Shown: positions 47,745 to 57,397 of the stretch, piece after piece
Layout: each line of letters opens with the position of its first letter
Numbering within the stretch: position 1 is the stretch's first letter
NCBI GenBank assembly: GCA_038251275.1
Contig: JBBSBM010000014.1
Coordinates: 24,853-88,852 of the forward strand
DNA: 64,000 nucleotides
Source of the DNA: Aggregatilineales bacterium
GTDB taxonomy: Bacteria; Chloroflexota; Anaerolineae; Aggregatilineales; Phototrophicaceae
Reading direction: 5' to 3'
The notes under the pieces: model-generated
The model's database searches: none
What the model was told of the DNA's origin: nothing
What the model saw: the letters and a program-made list of their open reading frames with translations, nothing else
Translations under genes and position numbers: made by a program

Positions 47745-48605
47745 TTAGCCTACTGCCAGCACAATTACACCTATCATCATAACTAAAGCGGCAATAATAC
47801 GTTTGCGACCACCTTCTTCAGATAACAAGCGTGTACCCAAAAACGCGCCGATCAAAATGCTAGTCTGGCGTAAGGGTGAAAGTTGCGTTACCGCTCCCGT
47901 TGAAAGTGCGATGAGAAACAATATGTAGGAAAGGGAATCCAAAATAGCAACACTAAACGCCTCGCGTTTATATTTTTGCCAGTTGAACTTTACACGATCC
48001 CAATGACGTAGTGCATTGGGTGCAAGCGCTACAGCCCGCACTAAATTACTCGCCCATGTCAGAATTAGGGGCGGCACAAGATAAAAACTGACGACCTGTT
48101 TATCTTGGAGGGTATAAGCACCAATCGCAATAGCGGTCAGCAGTCCATAAATAACCCCCATACGTATACTTCCATGACGGTTTGAAGATGAACCACCGGT
48201 CAAAATGACAATGCCAGCTGAAATCAACAACATCCCGCCGACAGCAAGAAACGATGGGCGTTCACCTAGTATCATGATTGCGCCAACTGATGCTAAAAGT
48301 GGACCAGCACCGCGAGCAATCGGATAGACCAACGACAAATCACCGACCTGATAACCCCAATTCAAGAACAAGTAGTAGGTGATATGCAGGAGGCAGGTTA
48401 GCGCCAGAGCGGTTAGTTCGAGCGCTTCTAGCCGCGGCTTCTGTACAACGACTATCACAATCGCCAGCGGTAGATAAATAAACGTAGCAATGACGCTAAA
48501 CAGCCAAACGAAAGTGGTATCACCACCTGCCCGTTTTGATAAAAAATTCCATGTTGCGTGTAATGCTGCCGAAACCAGTACCAGTCCCAACGCGAGAATA
48601 GTCAC
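47745..48605 (-). CDS. EamA/DMT family transporter
   Basis: SAALHATWN, GDLSLVYPIARG, LRQTSIL. Confidence 0.88.
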   Translation of the reverse strand: MTILALGLVLVSAALHATWNFLSKRAGGDTTFVWLFSVIATFIYLPLAIVIVVVQKPRLEALELTALALTCLLHITYYLFLNWGYQVGDLSLVYPIARGAGPLLASVGAIMILGERPSFLAVGGMLLISAGIVILTGGSSSNRHGSIRMGVIYGLLTAIAIGAYTLQDKQVVSFYLVPPLILTWASNLVRAVALAPNALRHWDRVKFNWQKYKREAFSVAILDSLSYILFLIALSTGAVTQLSPLRQTSILIGAFLGTRLLSEEGGRKRIIAALVMMIGVIVLAVG

Positions 48606-48607
48606 AG

Positions 48608-49936
48608 TTACTCACATGCCTTAGTCGTGTTGAGATTAATCACCCATAACCCACCGTGAATACCTTCTGCTGCCAACGCAATCGTATTGTGGTTCGGAGA
48701 AAGCCACCACCGTGCTTGTTCGTCGTCAGCTAGTTGGAGCGGCAGGATGGTGAGTTCATGGGTAGCTTTGGTTTGGACGTTATAGCAAACCAGCATCGCG
48801 TCATCGTCTTTAGGAACAGCCATATAAATGAACGAGGCATCATCAGCGTCTTTTTCGTAAAGCGGCCCCGGCCAGTTGTTTCCGGGCAAAGGCGACTCGA
48901 ATAACAAAGTGGTCGTTTCGTAGGCTGCCCGTTTGTCGTAATAGCCTGTTTTACCTTTTACCTCTAAGCCGATGATCACGTTATCGCCATTCGGGCTGGC
49001 TCCCGGTGTGATGATGGAAGGCGTACTGTTCACCGGTGTTTCGCTTAGGATGCGGTTGTCGACGTTGGCTGTAAAATAGGTCACGGGATCACCCACTGCA
49101 CCGAAGTAATAAGCTAGAAAAATACCCTTTTCAAGCCATGAAATACCCTGCAATGTTCGGTCAGACAACTTATCAAGCATCCGACGCTTAAATGATCCGT
49201 CACTTTCGGCGCTCAGAACAGTATTCAACTCGGTTTGGTAAACCAAGCGTCGTCCGTTCGGATCAAATGTCAAAAACGAATGTTGAAAATATAGTGGATC
49301 AAGTAAACCAAGTTGACGACGTAAAGCTTCGGTAACCAATTCAGCTTTAGGATGCGGCGTCAGACTGATTGCGCCCGTCTTCAAATCGTAAGTACGCCAT
49401 TTCCATTCGGTAAACAAATCCCGATGACAGCCTTCACCGTAACGAAGATTTTGGTCGTCAATCCATTCGACCTGTGCCACCTCGCGTTTATCAATTTGCT
49501 TAACACCCGCGCCTAAAGGAGCATCAGTTGGCACAGGGGAAGCAGACGGTGACGAGTCAATAGTAATATCAACACGCTCAACTTTTGCTTTAGAGTCATA
49601 AAGTTCAAGGGGTATCACATAAAACTGGTTGCCACCGGGAGCTAATACAAAGTCAGGCGGTAAAGATGCACCACAGGCATTCGCCAAATAACCTAGTCCC
49701 TCCCCAACCTCTTCGCCTGCTGCGTCAAAAGCGGTTGCTTCAAGTTCAATGCCATTAAATGATTTATCATTACTTGTATTACTAATCGTGCCATTGGCGT
49801 AGAGTGTCGGCTCTCCATAAACATCTTGTTTGGTCATCAAACTCGGCTTACTTGCAGTCAATGCGTCTTCTTGTGCCGCCGTTATCATGACACCAGCCCA
49901 CAGTAAACAGCTCAGCACAATCCAAATTCGGCGCAT
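48608..49936 (-). CDS. Secreted hypothetical protein (N-terminal Ig-like FxLYD-type domain + propeller-like region)
   Basis: Signal peptide MRRIWIVL; G.I.N....ATAFDAAG motif; SPNG/DPNG blades. Confidence 0.65.
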   Translation of the reverse strand: MRRIWIVLSCLLWAGVMITAAQEDALTASKPSLMTKQDVYGEPTLYANGTISNTSNDKSFNGIELEATAFDAAGEEVGEGLGYLANACGASLPPDFVLAPGGNQFYVIPLELYDSKAKVERVDITIDSSPSASPVPTDAPLGAGVKQIDKREVAQVEWIDDQNLRYGEGCHRDLFTEWKWRTYDLKTGAISLTPHPKAELVTEALRRQLGLLDPLYFQHSFLTFDPNGRRLVYQTELNTVLSAESDGSFKRRMLDKLSDRTLQGISWLEKGIFLAYYFGAVGDPVTYFTANVDNRILSETPVNSTPSIITPGASPNGDNVIIGLEVKGKTGYYDKRAAYETTTLLFESPLPGNNWPGPLYEKDADDASFIYMAVPKDDDAMLVCYNVQTKATHELTILPLQLADDEQARWWLSPNHNTIALAAEGIHGGLWVINLNTTKACE

Positions 49937-50139
49937 AATTGTTCCTTTCAACTGCTCTTAACATACGGATTTTAAACGACTCGCTTGATTTGTCGAGGGC
50001 AGTGGGATAGACCAATCACACCCACACGGCCTATTTCATAGATTAAAAACCGTGTAAGACACATATCGAGCTGTAACAGAATGTGGTAGCATATAGAGAA
50101 ATATCATGCTCAATAGTTAATAGGTCTATAGGGGTTGAT

Positions 50140-51876
50140 ATGGATGGTTATGGAACTCGCCGCAACTCATCGCGCCGTGCCCGCGAACGGCAGATGGCAC
50201 GTCAACATCGAACAGCTTCTGCTGCCCCCTTAAAAGATGCTCTTCGGGGTCAACTTTCGGGCGTCGGTATGGCTCGCCTTGAATCGGGCTGGATTTTGCG
50301 TGTACGGATGGTTTTAAGTGACTTATTTTGGTATATCACCCATACGCGCCAAATTATTTTTGGCATCGTCGGATTAATCGCCATTGTGTTTCTGATGTTT
50401 GTTGGCAGCCACATGGTATCAGGGCGGGTTTTTCCCAATGTTTGGGCGCTCAATGTTCCGTTGGGTGATTTAACAGTCGATGAAGCTGTAGCCGCGTTAC
50501 AAAATACGTGGGTCAACCAATATCAGATTCAACTGGTTGATGGCGACCGGCACTGGTCGGTAAAACCCTCTGATATTGGCTTGCAACTGGATGCACACAA
50601 AACGGCTGAAGCCGCGCGCGGTGTGGGTCTAAGTGGCTTGCCTTTTGGTATTGGTATCAAGCCCGTGGTGAGTGTTGATTACAATACCGCCAACAACTAC
50701 CTACTCAACCTGACGACTGCTACAGACATCGCGCCTTATAACGCAGGTTACCAATGGAAAGATAGTCAGCTTATCGGGATAGCCGGTCAAAACGGACGGA
50801 TGCTCGATACGTCCTTGACGATGGACACACTGCAAAAGAAAACCATTGATGTGGTGCAGTTTGGTCGGCTTGATTTATCAATGTCGGTTATTCCACCGCA
50901 GAAAATCGATCCCGAACCTTATTTACAGGCTGCAACAAAATTTGTCAGTCAAAACTTTACACTAAACGGTTATGATCCGTTCATCGACAAAACAACCACT
51001 TGGACAACCACTAAAGAAGCGTTGGCTTCATGGCTAGAAATTGGTGACGACGGTTTGATGCTGCGTGATTCAAGTTATGCTGCATTTTTGAACGCGCAAA
51101 TCCAATCGCTGAATCCGCCAACCGCCACCGAAACGCGTTATCTTGACCCGCGTGAAACGCAGGACAAGATGAACAAAGCGATTGCAGAACAGGATGGCTC
51201 GGTGATGCTGCGTATCCGTTACCGTGATACGCGTTATACTGTCGAGTCAGGCGACCGCGCTTATTCGATCTCCCGTAAGACAGGTATCCCCTTCTATCTC
51301 ATCCAAGAAGCAAACCCCGGTCGTAATCTGGATGTGCTTTCAGTCGGTGATATTTTGAACTTGCCATCCAAGGACAAATCGGTACCGCTTGATCCCGTGC
51401 CGAACAAGCGTATCGTGGTTGATCTGGATAACCAGAGTATGAAGGCGTTTGAAAACGGACAGGAAAAGTTTAGCTGGCTGATCTCTTCGGGGATGGATAA
51501 GTATCCAACGTCACCCGGCATTTACCAAATTTTATCCCATGATGAGGAAGCCGCCGGAGGCAGCTTTACGCTATGCAGCAACAGCGGTTTGAACTGCGGT
51601 AGTTGGACAATGTATTGGTTCATGGGCATGTACGAAGTTGTACCCGGACTGATGAACGGTTTCCACGGCGCGGTGCTGCTGCCAAATGGTAATTTGCTCG
51701 GCGGGGGCAGTGTGGGTTCGCAATACACCTTCGGCTGTGTGATGGCTCAAAACGATAATGCCAAGATGCTTTACGATTGGGCTGATCAAGGAACGGTCGT
51801 TGAAATCATATCGCAGGAATACGCTCCGCAGAGTGATTTGGGACAACGAGTCCAATCCGAAGTCAACGGCGCGTAA
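50140..51876 (+). CDS. L,D-transpeptidase with TM anchor, PG-binding region and LysM (paralog of 4202-5896)
   Basis: YTVESGD LysM; KRIVVDL..Q, SSG, NGFHG, TFGCV. Confidence 0.88.
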   Translation: MDGYGTRRNSSRRARERQMARQHRTASAAPLKDALRGQLSGVGMARLESGWILRVRMVLSDLFWYITHTRQIIFGIVGLIAIVFLMFVGSHMVSGRVFPNVWALNVPLGDLTVDEAVAALQNTWVNQYQIQLVDGDRHWSVKPSDIGLQLDAHKTAEAARGVGLSGLPFGIGIKPVVSVDYNTANNYLLNLTTATDIAPYNAGYQWKDSQLIGIAGQNGRMLDTSLTMDTLQKKTIDVVQFGRLDLSMSVIPPQKIDPEPYLQAATKFVSQNFTLNGYDPFIDKTTTWTTTKEALASWLEIGDDGLMLRDSSYAAFLNAQIQSLNPPTATETRYLDPRETQDKMNKAIAEQDGSVMLRIRYRDTRYTVESGDRAYSISRKTGIPFYLIQEANPGRNLDVLSVGDILNLPSKDKSVPLDPVPNKRIVVDLDNQSMKAFENGQEKFSWLISSGMDKYPTSPGIYQILSHDEEAAGGSFTLCSNSGLNCGSWTMYWFMGMYEVVPGLMNGFHGAVLLPNGNLLGGGSVGSQYTFGCVMAQNDNAKMLYDWADQGTVVEIISQEYAPQSDLGQRVQSEVNGA

Positions 51877-51895
51877 AAGAAAGTTTAACTCAGCA

Positions 51896-51924
51896 AAAAC
51901 GGAGCAGACAATCTGCTCCGTTTT
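51896..51924. terminator. Bidirectional intrinsic terminator
   Basis: AAAACGGAGCAGA-caa-TCTGCTCCGTTTT perfect stem between convergent genes. Confidence 0.8.
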
Positions 51925-51938
51925 GTTTTAGGCAGCAC

Positions 51939-52862
51939 TTAACTTCGCAATTTATCCAAAGTATTTTGCAATCCAGCAGGTAACGGTGACTCAAACTTGA
52001 GGCGTTCGCCTGTGGTTGGGTGATCAAACGATAACTCGGCAGCGTGTAAAAATTGGCGTTTAAGTTTGATGCGCTGTTTGCGATAGCCATAAACACTATC
52101 GCCCACAATCGGACTGCCAATAAAGGCCATGTGAACTCGAATCTGGTGAGTACGTCCTGTATGGAGCGTCACACGTACCAGTGCTTGGTCACCAATAAAG
52201 TGATGATCGATGACCTGATATTCGGTGATGGCAGGTTTTCCACCGCGAATGACCGCCATACGCTTACGTTGATTAGGATCGCGGGCAATGGGGGCTTCCA
52301 CACGTCCTACAACAGTTGCGGGCATTTTTTCCAACAGTGCCAGATACACTTTGCTGACGGTACGTGATTGAAACTGCGCCTGCAACTTGATACGTGCGGC
52401 ATCATTCTTGGCAATCACGATAAGACCGCTGGTGTCTTTATCTAAGCGGTGGACAATACCGACGCGTTTCTCGACGATATTCATTCGGGCAACTTCAGGC
52501 CAACGCGAAAGCAAGGCGCTCACCAACGTCCCTTTTTCGTTGCCGACACCGGGATGAACGGTCATGCCAGCGGGTTTGTCGATCACGGCAAAATCGGGGT
52601 CATCATAGACAACAACCAACGGAATGGCTTCGGGTTCAACAGTTTCGCTGACTTCGCGGGTTTCAATCGTGACGCTGATTTGCTCGCCGCCTTTGAGCTT
52701 GATGCCGGATTTAACCTGAGCGCCGTTGACCGTTACCTTGCCCTCTTTAATGAGTACCTGTATTTGAGCGCGGGAGAGGCTGTCGCCGACCTGCTCGACG
52801 ACCAGTTTATCCAAGCGTTCGCCGGCTGATGTAACCGTAAAATCAATTAGTCTTTCAGTCAT
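51939..52862 (-). CDS. rluD: RluA-family 23S rRNA pseudouridine synthase (RluD-like)
   Basis: S4 domain RLDK; KPAGMTVHPG, HRLDKDTSG, TGRTHQIRVH, LHA. Confidence 0.88.
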   Translation of the reverse strand: MTERLIDFTVTSAGERLDKLVVEQVGDSLSRAQIQVLIKEGKVTVNGAQVKSGIKLKGGEQISVTIETREVSETVEPEAIPLVVVYDDPDFAVIDKPAGMTVHPGVGNEKGTLVSALLSRWPEVARMNIVEKRVGIVHRLDKDTSGLIVIAKNDAARIKLQAQFQSRTVSKVYLALLEKMPATVVGRVEAPIARDPNQRKRMAVIRGGKPAITEYQVIDHHFIGDQALVRVTLHTGRTHQIRVHMAFIGSPIVGDSVYGYRKQRIKLKRQFLHAAELSFDHPTTGERLKFESPLPAGLQNTLDKLRS

Positions 52863-52932
52863 GGGGTTTCTTTGCTGCTTAATGTGGCCTTTCATAATAG
52901 CAGACGGGAAGCAAAATGAGAACGACAAGCAT

Positions 52933-53304
52933 TTATGCCTGTAACCAATCTAATGCTTTTTGTTTATCAGTAAAGTAATTGAGTTCAAAGGTCAAGCGGC
53001 CTAATGAGGCGAAAAAGATACGCGAGTAATAGGGCGCAACACGGCTAGAAAAGAGAAATGCATAACGTCCATGATGTGTACGATAGCGGGTAAACAGCTC
53101 GACGGTGCGCTGTCGAGCGCGGGGTGTAAAGCTGACGGATTTATCGGAGACATCCATGAGGACACGAAAGGGTTTTTCGGTTGGCAAGGTATCAAGGTAC
53201 GCACTTAAGGCAACCGCCCACGCATCAACCGCATCATCATCGGAATGGGTGAAACCATAGATCATGACTTCGCCCTGCTGCTCACAATAAAACCCGTCTG
53301 ACAT
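52933..53304 (-). CDS. STAS/SEC14 (SpoIIAA-like) small protein
   Basis: RVLMD....FTP.AR, YF.....AL.WL C-terminal motif. Confidence 0.7.
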   Translation of the reverse strand: MSDGFYCEQQGEVMIYGFTHSDDDAVDAWAVALSAYLDTLPTEKPFRVLMDVSDKSVSFTPRARQRTVELFTRYRTHHGRYAFLFSSRVAPYYSRIFFASLGRLTFELNYFTDKQKALDWLQA

Positions 53305-53371
53305 ATGCGCCTCACGTTTATCGATTTACTCCTATGTAATTATAACAAATTGAGCAAGAGCCATAGCGGGT

Positions 53372-53666
53372 GATTCAAAAACTGCGAATTCTGCAAAAAC
53401 TGCAATTACCACAATCGGTTTTCACGCGGAATTGAGGGAGTAATCCGCCGAAAATGCGGAAAATTCGTCAGATTCTGCAATTTCGGAAGTCGTTTTGCGT
53501 CGTCATCGGCGATTAATCCGACCTAAAACGATGCAACCCTCAGTTAAAGCCAACTGGTATTTATCATCCAAATGTTAAAGTGCGCGGTCGGAATAAATTC
53601 CTCCCCTACCAACAGTCTAACAGATATGAGGGAACAATGGGTTACCTTTTGGAAGAACATTTGGTA
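53372..53666 (-). repeat. Diverged third copy of the ~300-nt non-coding element
   Basis: 9-nt TGCA-periodic tail, hairpin with TCCCTCA loop at 53419-53454, degenerate box AGAACATTTGGTA at 53654-53666 at the same distance as in copies 1 and 2. Confidence 0.45.
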
Positions 53667-53885
53667 ACACTTGGTGAGGAATGGCGTTAACTATTTTGAG
53701 GGAGTAGATGTGTTAAGTGCGTTGTTGCGTGGTTAGGAAAGGGTTTGATATACAAACCAAAAGTAAACATAGATACGAAGAGTGGATTTGAGATCTTAAT
53801 GGACTCTCTTGGTTGCAGACAAGCGGGCACACAGCCGTGTGCCCTTTTTGGAAGTTAGGGTATATTTTGCGCCACTGTTTTTGGC

Positions 53886-54380
53886 TTAGCCGATGACCCT
53901 ATCATTTTTGCCGGTGAGTTGGCGAAGGAGTTCAAGATTGCCGAGGTGATATGCCTCATGCCACAGGAGGAATTCCATCCAATCCCAAATGGGCGCTGCA
54001 TCAGCAGGGATGTTGTACGGAATGACTTCTACATCTAAATCTTCAGGTTTAGCGTTTTCAAGCCAAGCAAAAATCCGTTCCTGTGAAGTCACCAAATCCG
54101 CTGCGATTTTCTCAAACGGCAGTGCTTCGACTGCGTCAAGAATTGGGTCAGAACCCCGTTCATAGCGATTGCACTGCTCTTGTGTCCAAAGAGTCGGCTG
54201 ATCGGTCATAATCAATATGCGCTGGCGGCTCATTACCAAATGTCCTAGCACCCAATTCATACAGTTGCCGCGAAAAGGCGGCTGCATCAGACTTTCTTCG
54301 TGAGTCACATCCTTGATTTGTCGTTGAATAATGCCAAAATTACGTTGCAAAATCATGCTCAAGCTGGCTGCGTCAATCAT
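53886..54380 (-). CDS. DinB/YfiT superfamily protein
   Basis: GNC.NWVLGHL...HEAYHLG three-His signature. Confidence 0.88.
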   Translation of the reverse strand: MIDAASLSMILQRNFGIIQRQIKDVTHEESLMQPPFRGNCMNWVLGHLVMSRQRILIMTDQPTLWTQEQCNRYERGSDPILDAVEALPFEKIAADLVTSQERIFAWLENAKPEDLDVEVIPYNIPADAAPIWDWMEFLLWHEAYHLGNLELLRQLTGKNDRVIG

Positions 54381-54392
54381 GGTTGTATCCTT

Positions 54393-54968
54393 TTATTTCA
54401 CCTTGTGAGCGTTGTTATACGCTTGTTGCACATAACCGATCAACTGATTATTTACGTCTGCGGGAGTCGCAATTTCGATCATATGGGTTAAGTTGGGCAT
54501 CGCCCCGAGACTGCGGGCTTTCTGAATGTAATCGTCGAAGGGCAAATCACCCAAATCAAGGCCAACGCGAATGGTATTTTTAGTGAGTGTCGCACAGGCG
54601 AAGCAGCGCTTGGCTTCAATCGAGATATAGGTTTTGGTTGGGATGAACAAGACATCTGACAATTGTGTCTGCACGGCTCGTTCTAAAGGCTTATAGACAC
54701 TTAACAACAGTTGTTTGCCTTCAAATAATTTGCTGAACAATGCTTGATGGTCAAAAACGGGTTGACCATCATTGAGATAAATACCCGAAAGAAAATTCGC
54801 TTGCATGTGATTCAGATTATGCGTTTGTTTAAGCCAATTGAGTATGGCATTTGGTTTACTCTCGCCACTGCTGCCAATGACAGTCATCCACTCCACAAGG
54901 TCTTTGCCTGTTTTTTCGCGGACAGAGGCGATAAATTCACGTTCAAGTCGTTCGGACTCTTTTGCCAT
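54393..54968 (-). CDS. DUF4287 + DUF5655 domain protein
   Basis: EKTGK.L.EW...WLK..H.L.H.QAN; P.KTYI...FA...GL.L. Confidence 0.75.
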   Translation of the reverse strand: MAKESERLEREFIASVREKTGKDLVEWMTVIGSSGESKPNAILNWLKQTHNLNHMQANFLSGIYLNDGQPVFDHQALFSKLFEGKQLLLSVYKPLERAVQTQLSDVLFIPTKTYISIEAKRCFACATLTKNTIRVGLDLGDLPFDDYIQKARSLGAMPNLTHMIEIATPADVNNQLIGYVQQAYNNAHKVK

Positions 54969-55016
54969 TGGTCACTCCATTTTAGCCACAAATTAGAAAT
55001 AGTATTTCATAGACCA

Positions 55017-55047
55017 AATGTACGACTTAAAGCTAACTTTAAGTCAA
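55017..55047 (-). promoter_or_regulatory. MerR/SoxR-type promoter TTGACT-N19-TACATT with dyad operator GACTTAAAG-ctaa-CTTTAAGTC (55024-55045)
   Basis: 19-bp spacer plus a perfect 9-bp inverted repeat across the -35/spacer, the classic MerR architecture; MerR gene 570 bp away. Confidence 0.8.
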
Positions 55048-55142
55048 GCACGAGTTTTCAAATTGGTTGTATTCAAGCGGTTGACGACACAGAACAAGCG
55101 TGCTTAACTCAAAGGATGTATTTGGGGTTCAGAAGGAGATCA

Positions 55143-55634
55143 TTGTGCCGCAAAAAAACCATTGAAGCAAAAATAGACATGTTGATTCGCAAACCCGCAG
55201 CCGAAGTATTCGAGGCATTTATTGATCCAGCAATTACAAAACATTTCTGGTTTACGAAGGGCAGCGGCAAATTGGAAGCAGGCAAACAAATCTAATGGAC
55301 ATGGGAAATGTTTAACGTCGGGACAACTGTTGATGTGAAAGCAATTGAGAAGGATAAGCGAATTCTGATTGAGTGGGGAGAGTCTAGTAAGCGAAATCAA
55401 GTGGAATGGCTGTTTATAGATCGTTCAGATAATACAACACTTGTGAGCATCACCAACAGTGGTTTTCAAGGTACTCAAGACGAGATTATCCAACAGGCAA
55501 TGGATTCAAAGCAAGGCTTCAGCATCGTGCTCTGTGGTGCAAAGGCATGGCTGGAACACGGCATTAACCTCAATCTGATTGCAGATCATTTCCCTGATGC
55601 GGTTATTGCTGGTTATTTATCTGATTTTACCTGA
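55143..55634 (+). pseudogene. SRPBCC/AHSA1-family gene interrupted by an in-frame TAA (55293-55295)
   Basis: MLIRKP..EVFEAFIDP.IT..FWFTKGSGKLE.GK.I*WTWEM continues in frame into the 55308-55634 ORF. Confidence 0.8.
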
Positions 55635-56023
55635 TCGAGTTCAAATTGGAGCGCGTTGCTTGTGAGGGCTTCTTCGAGAAAGGCTTTCATATCTTGGGCG
55701 TGACTGATGACGAGGTCTAATTCGCGAATTTTGGCGGCAGCCAAGGTTTGCCAACGATGGGAGAGGGCTTCGCCTTCGGCGCTTGAGCGCAAGAGTGTTT
55801 GAATTTCGGGAAGGGAAAAATTCGCTTCTTTCGCCATTTGGATGACCGCTAAAAGAGGCAAAATGGAATTGGTATAACGGCGCTGACCACTCGCCCGTTT
55901 GGCCGGTGGCAGTAGGCCAATGCTCTCGTAGTAGCGTAAGGTCGAGGGTTGCACACCGACCATCACCGCGACTTCACCAATTGTCAGCCATTCGTCGGAG
56001 TCCTGCACTACTTTTTTCCTCAT
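55613..56023 (-). CDS. MerR family (SoxR-like) transcriptional regulator
   Basis: LTIGEVA...STLRYYESIGLL...R.SGQRRY...FSL.EI. Confidence 0.9.
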   Translation of the reverse strand: MRKKVVQDSDEWLTIGEVAVMVGVQPSTLRYYESIGLLPPAKRASGQRRYTNSILPLLAVIQMAKEANFSLPEIQTLLRSSAEGEALSHRWQTLAAAKIRELDLVISHAQDMKAFLEEALTSNALQFELDQVKSDK

Positions 56024-56058
56024 GATGAGTTGATATTAAGCCATGTTATAATTCAAAG

Positions 56059-56865
56059 ATGATTGCAAACCGTTCCGCACTCAACCTTTATTATAACTGT
56101 CAAGGCACTGGCCCCGACATATTGTTGGTGCATGGTTGGGCCAGTTCAGGACAAATGTGGTCACGCTTGGTGCGCGATCTGGGTCACGTCGCCCGTTTTT
56201 GGTCGGTGGATCTGTACGGATTTGGTTTGTCGCCTCGTCCTGCCGGAAATGAGCCGACATACGTTCAACATCACGCAGAAATGCTGCTCGATTTTTGCGC
56301 CTATTATCACATTCAACCCAAGGCAATCATCGGTCACTCGATGGGTGGCATGTTGGCGCTGAAGTTGGCCGCCGAGCAACCTAATTTGACGGAAAAACTG
56401 GTGCTAATGGCTCCTGTCATCACAGGACGTTTCGGACATCCGATTGAGATTAGCTGGCTCTTTAACAACGACATCGGGAGTTTTACACTCTCGAAATCCA
56501 AGCCGCTGTGGACATTGGCACAAACGGTCATTAGCCCAATCTTCTCACGTCCTGCCCATTGGTATTTAGATCAAACGGCGGCAACACGCATTCAGCAAGA
56601 TTTCCAACGGGCATCATGGCAAGCCAGTACGCACGCGCTGCATAGTATTGCCCGTGAAAATATGCATCCTCATTTACCGAATATACAGCACCCCACATTG
56701 GTGATTATTGGCAGCAACGATACGACTGTTCCACCGAAAGAAGGTCGTCTGGCCGCGAGTCAACTACCCAACGCACAACTGTTAGAACTAGCGCGAACCC
56801 ATCATCAACCTTTGGATGAACAACCTGAACGTGTGGTCAAGGCTGTGCAAGATTTCTTGTTATAA
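56059..56865 (+). CDS. Alpha/beta hydrolase
   Basis: LVHGW, DLYGFG.S, GHSMGG, G.ND, H. Confidence 0.9.
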   Translation: MIANRSALNLYYNCQGTGPDILLVHGWASSGQMWSRLVRDLGHVARFWSVDLYGFGLSPRPAGNEPTYVQHHAEMLLDFCAYYHIQPKAIIGHSMGGMLALKLAAEQPNLTEKLVLMAPVITGRFGHPIEISWLFNNDIGSFTLSKSKPLWTLAQTVISPIFSRPAHWYLDQTAATRIQQDFQRASWQASTHALHSIARENMHPHLPNIQHPTLVIIGSNDTTVPPKEGRLAASQLPNAQLLELARTHHQPLDEQPERVVKAVQDFLL

Positions 56866-56974
56866 CCCGCCCGTTACTTCCAACTCACATTATGCTACAA
56901 TACAAACTGAGTGATAGCCTTAACAATGGGCTTTGTCGCTCGAAATGATACTGTTAAGTGCTAGGAGTTTTACT

Positions 56975-57322
56975 CTGGAATCAATTGAACTCGCCCGTTT
57001 TATCGTCGATGCAGTAGAAGATAAAAAGGCCGAAAATATCGTTCTGCTCGACCTGCGTCCCGATGCAATCATCGCGGATTATTTTGTCATTTGCACCGGT
57101 AACAGCGACCGCCAACTGCGCGCACTGGCTGATGGTGTTCGTGAGCAGGTCAAAGAGAAATACAGCAAACTGCCGGCCTCGATTGAAGGCACACCCGAAA
57201 GCGGTTGGATGTTGATGGATTACGGCGACACAGTTGTCCATCTCTTCCAAGAAGATAAACGTCGTTACTACGATTTGGAAGGCATGTGGCGCAGTGCCCA
57301 TGTCCTGCTTCAAATTCAGTAA
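56975..57322 (+). CDS. rsfS: Ribosome silencing factor RsfS (Iojap)
   Basis: DKKAENI..LD....ADYFVICTG.S.RQ, SGW.LMDYGD.VVHLF....R.YYDLE.MW; probable CTG start 7 nt after AGGAG. Confidence 0.92.
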   Translation: MESIELARFIVDAVEDKKAENIVLLDLRPDAIIADYFVICTGNSDRQLRALADGVREQVKEKYSKLPASIEGTPESGWMLMDYGDTVVHLFQEDKRRYYDLEGMWRSAHVLLQIQ

Positions 57323-57342
57323 CGCATTCCCACATCCAAATT

Positions 57343-57375
57343 TGTAGCGGACGAAGCGCCGTTTCGCCCGCTACA
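57343..57375. repeat. REP-like palindrome TGTAGCGG...CCGCTACA
   Basis: GTAG-capped imperfect inverted repeat between convergent genes. Confidence 0.6.
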
Positions 57376-57397
57376 TCTCACCTCAAGTTTTAAACTC

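Noticed and set aside
54744-55142. 5' part of the 183-aa ORF 54744-55295
   Set aside because: Antisense to the DUF4287 gene and spans the MerR promoter; only the portion from about 55143 resembles SRPBCC.
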